From contig OZ253470.1 of NCBI GenBank assembly GCA_965261735.1, positions 4,352,001-4,416,000 on the forward strand: a stretch of DNA of 64,000 nucleotides. The letters run 5' to 3'. Position numbers and translations under genes: made by a program. The notes beneath the pieces are model-generated. The model saw only the letters and a program-made list of their open reading frames with translations. It searched no databases and was not told where the DNA came from. Numbering within the stretch: position 1 is the first letter of the stretch; the number at the start of each line of letters is the position of its first letter. Of the stretch, positions 63,601-64,000 are shown piece by piece. The stretch comes from Alphaproteobacteria bacterium (GTDB lineage Bacteria; Pseudomonadota; Alphaproteobacteria; SHVV01).

Positions 63601-64000
63601 GCGCTGGCGCCGCTCGCGGCGGGCTTCGTGTCGGTGCCGGCGGAGCATGACGGGGAGACGGAGTTCTGGCTGGAGCTCAGCTTCGGCGCGGCGGTCGAGC
63701 AGGGCTCGAAGTCGCACATCTGGGCGCTGCTCGGGGTGACCGGAGGCACAGTGAAGGCGATCCGCCGCAAGGACGACCGGCTCGACCAGTGGCGGATCAA
63801 GATTCAGCCCTCCTCGCACGAGGCGGTGACGGTGACGCTGTCGCCGTCCCCGGCCTGCGGGGCGACGGGCGCGGTATGCACGGAGGACGGGCGCACGTTC
63901 ACGACCGCCCTCGCGACGCAAATCCAGGGCCCGCCGGGCCTCGCGGTCGCGGATGCGGAGGTCGAGGAAGCGCCGGGCGCGCGGCTGGTGTTCACGGTCA
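63601..64000 (+). pseudogene. Internal fragment of a large Calx-beta-type surface protein (runs off the window)
   Basis: Open frame VPAEHDGETEF...VTVTL...GAVCTEDGR...GPPGLAVADAEVEE...LVFTV, absent from the ORF track because it lacks a start. Confidence 0.6.

Overview
High-GC, probably alphaproteobacterial, 64-kb accessory region with no housekeeping, rRNA or true tRNA genes and no CRISPR array. It is a graveyard of more than 25 nested or fragmented insertion sequences (IS1380, IS1595, IS6, IS66, IS3, IS5/IS903, IS630, IS21, IS110/IS1111, IS481, IS256, ISKra4, ISAzo13) and a 5'-truncated group II intron. These have cut up a defence island: an intact type I R-M operon (hsdMSR), two further hsd relics, a helicase/PD-(D/E)XK relic, an ABC-ATPase/TOPRIM-like gene, a DUF2188-HTH-IrrE-nuclease module, and two attC-flanked HNH/HEPN cassettes. 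Intact cargo includes an OmpA/MotB-like protein, two TbpB-barrel surface lipoproteins, hydantoinase B, RidA, a two-domain glutaredoxin and a penicillin-acylase-family hydrolase. Three features stand out. (1) A DUF3489-DUF2924-large serine recombinase module is followed by a ~650-bp non-coding site of 21-22-bp-phased inverted repeat arrays and a tRNA-like motif, present twice 40 kb apart. (2) A cleanly bounded IS66-family element carries a short DNA adenine methyltransferase in place of tnpA/tnpB. (3) An integrase-less attC array carries nuclease cassettes. Family names come from motif recognition by eye, not database searches. Some single-base frameshifts may be sequencing errors.
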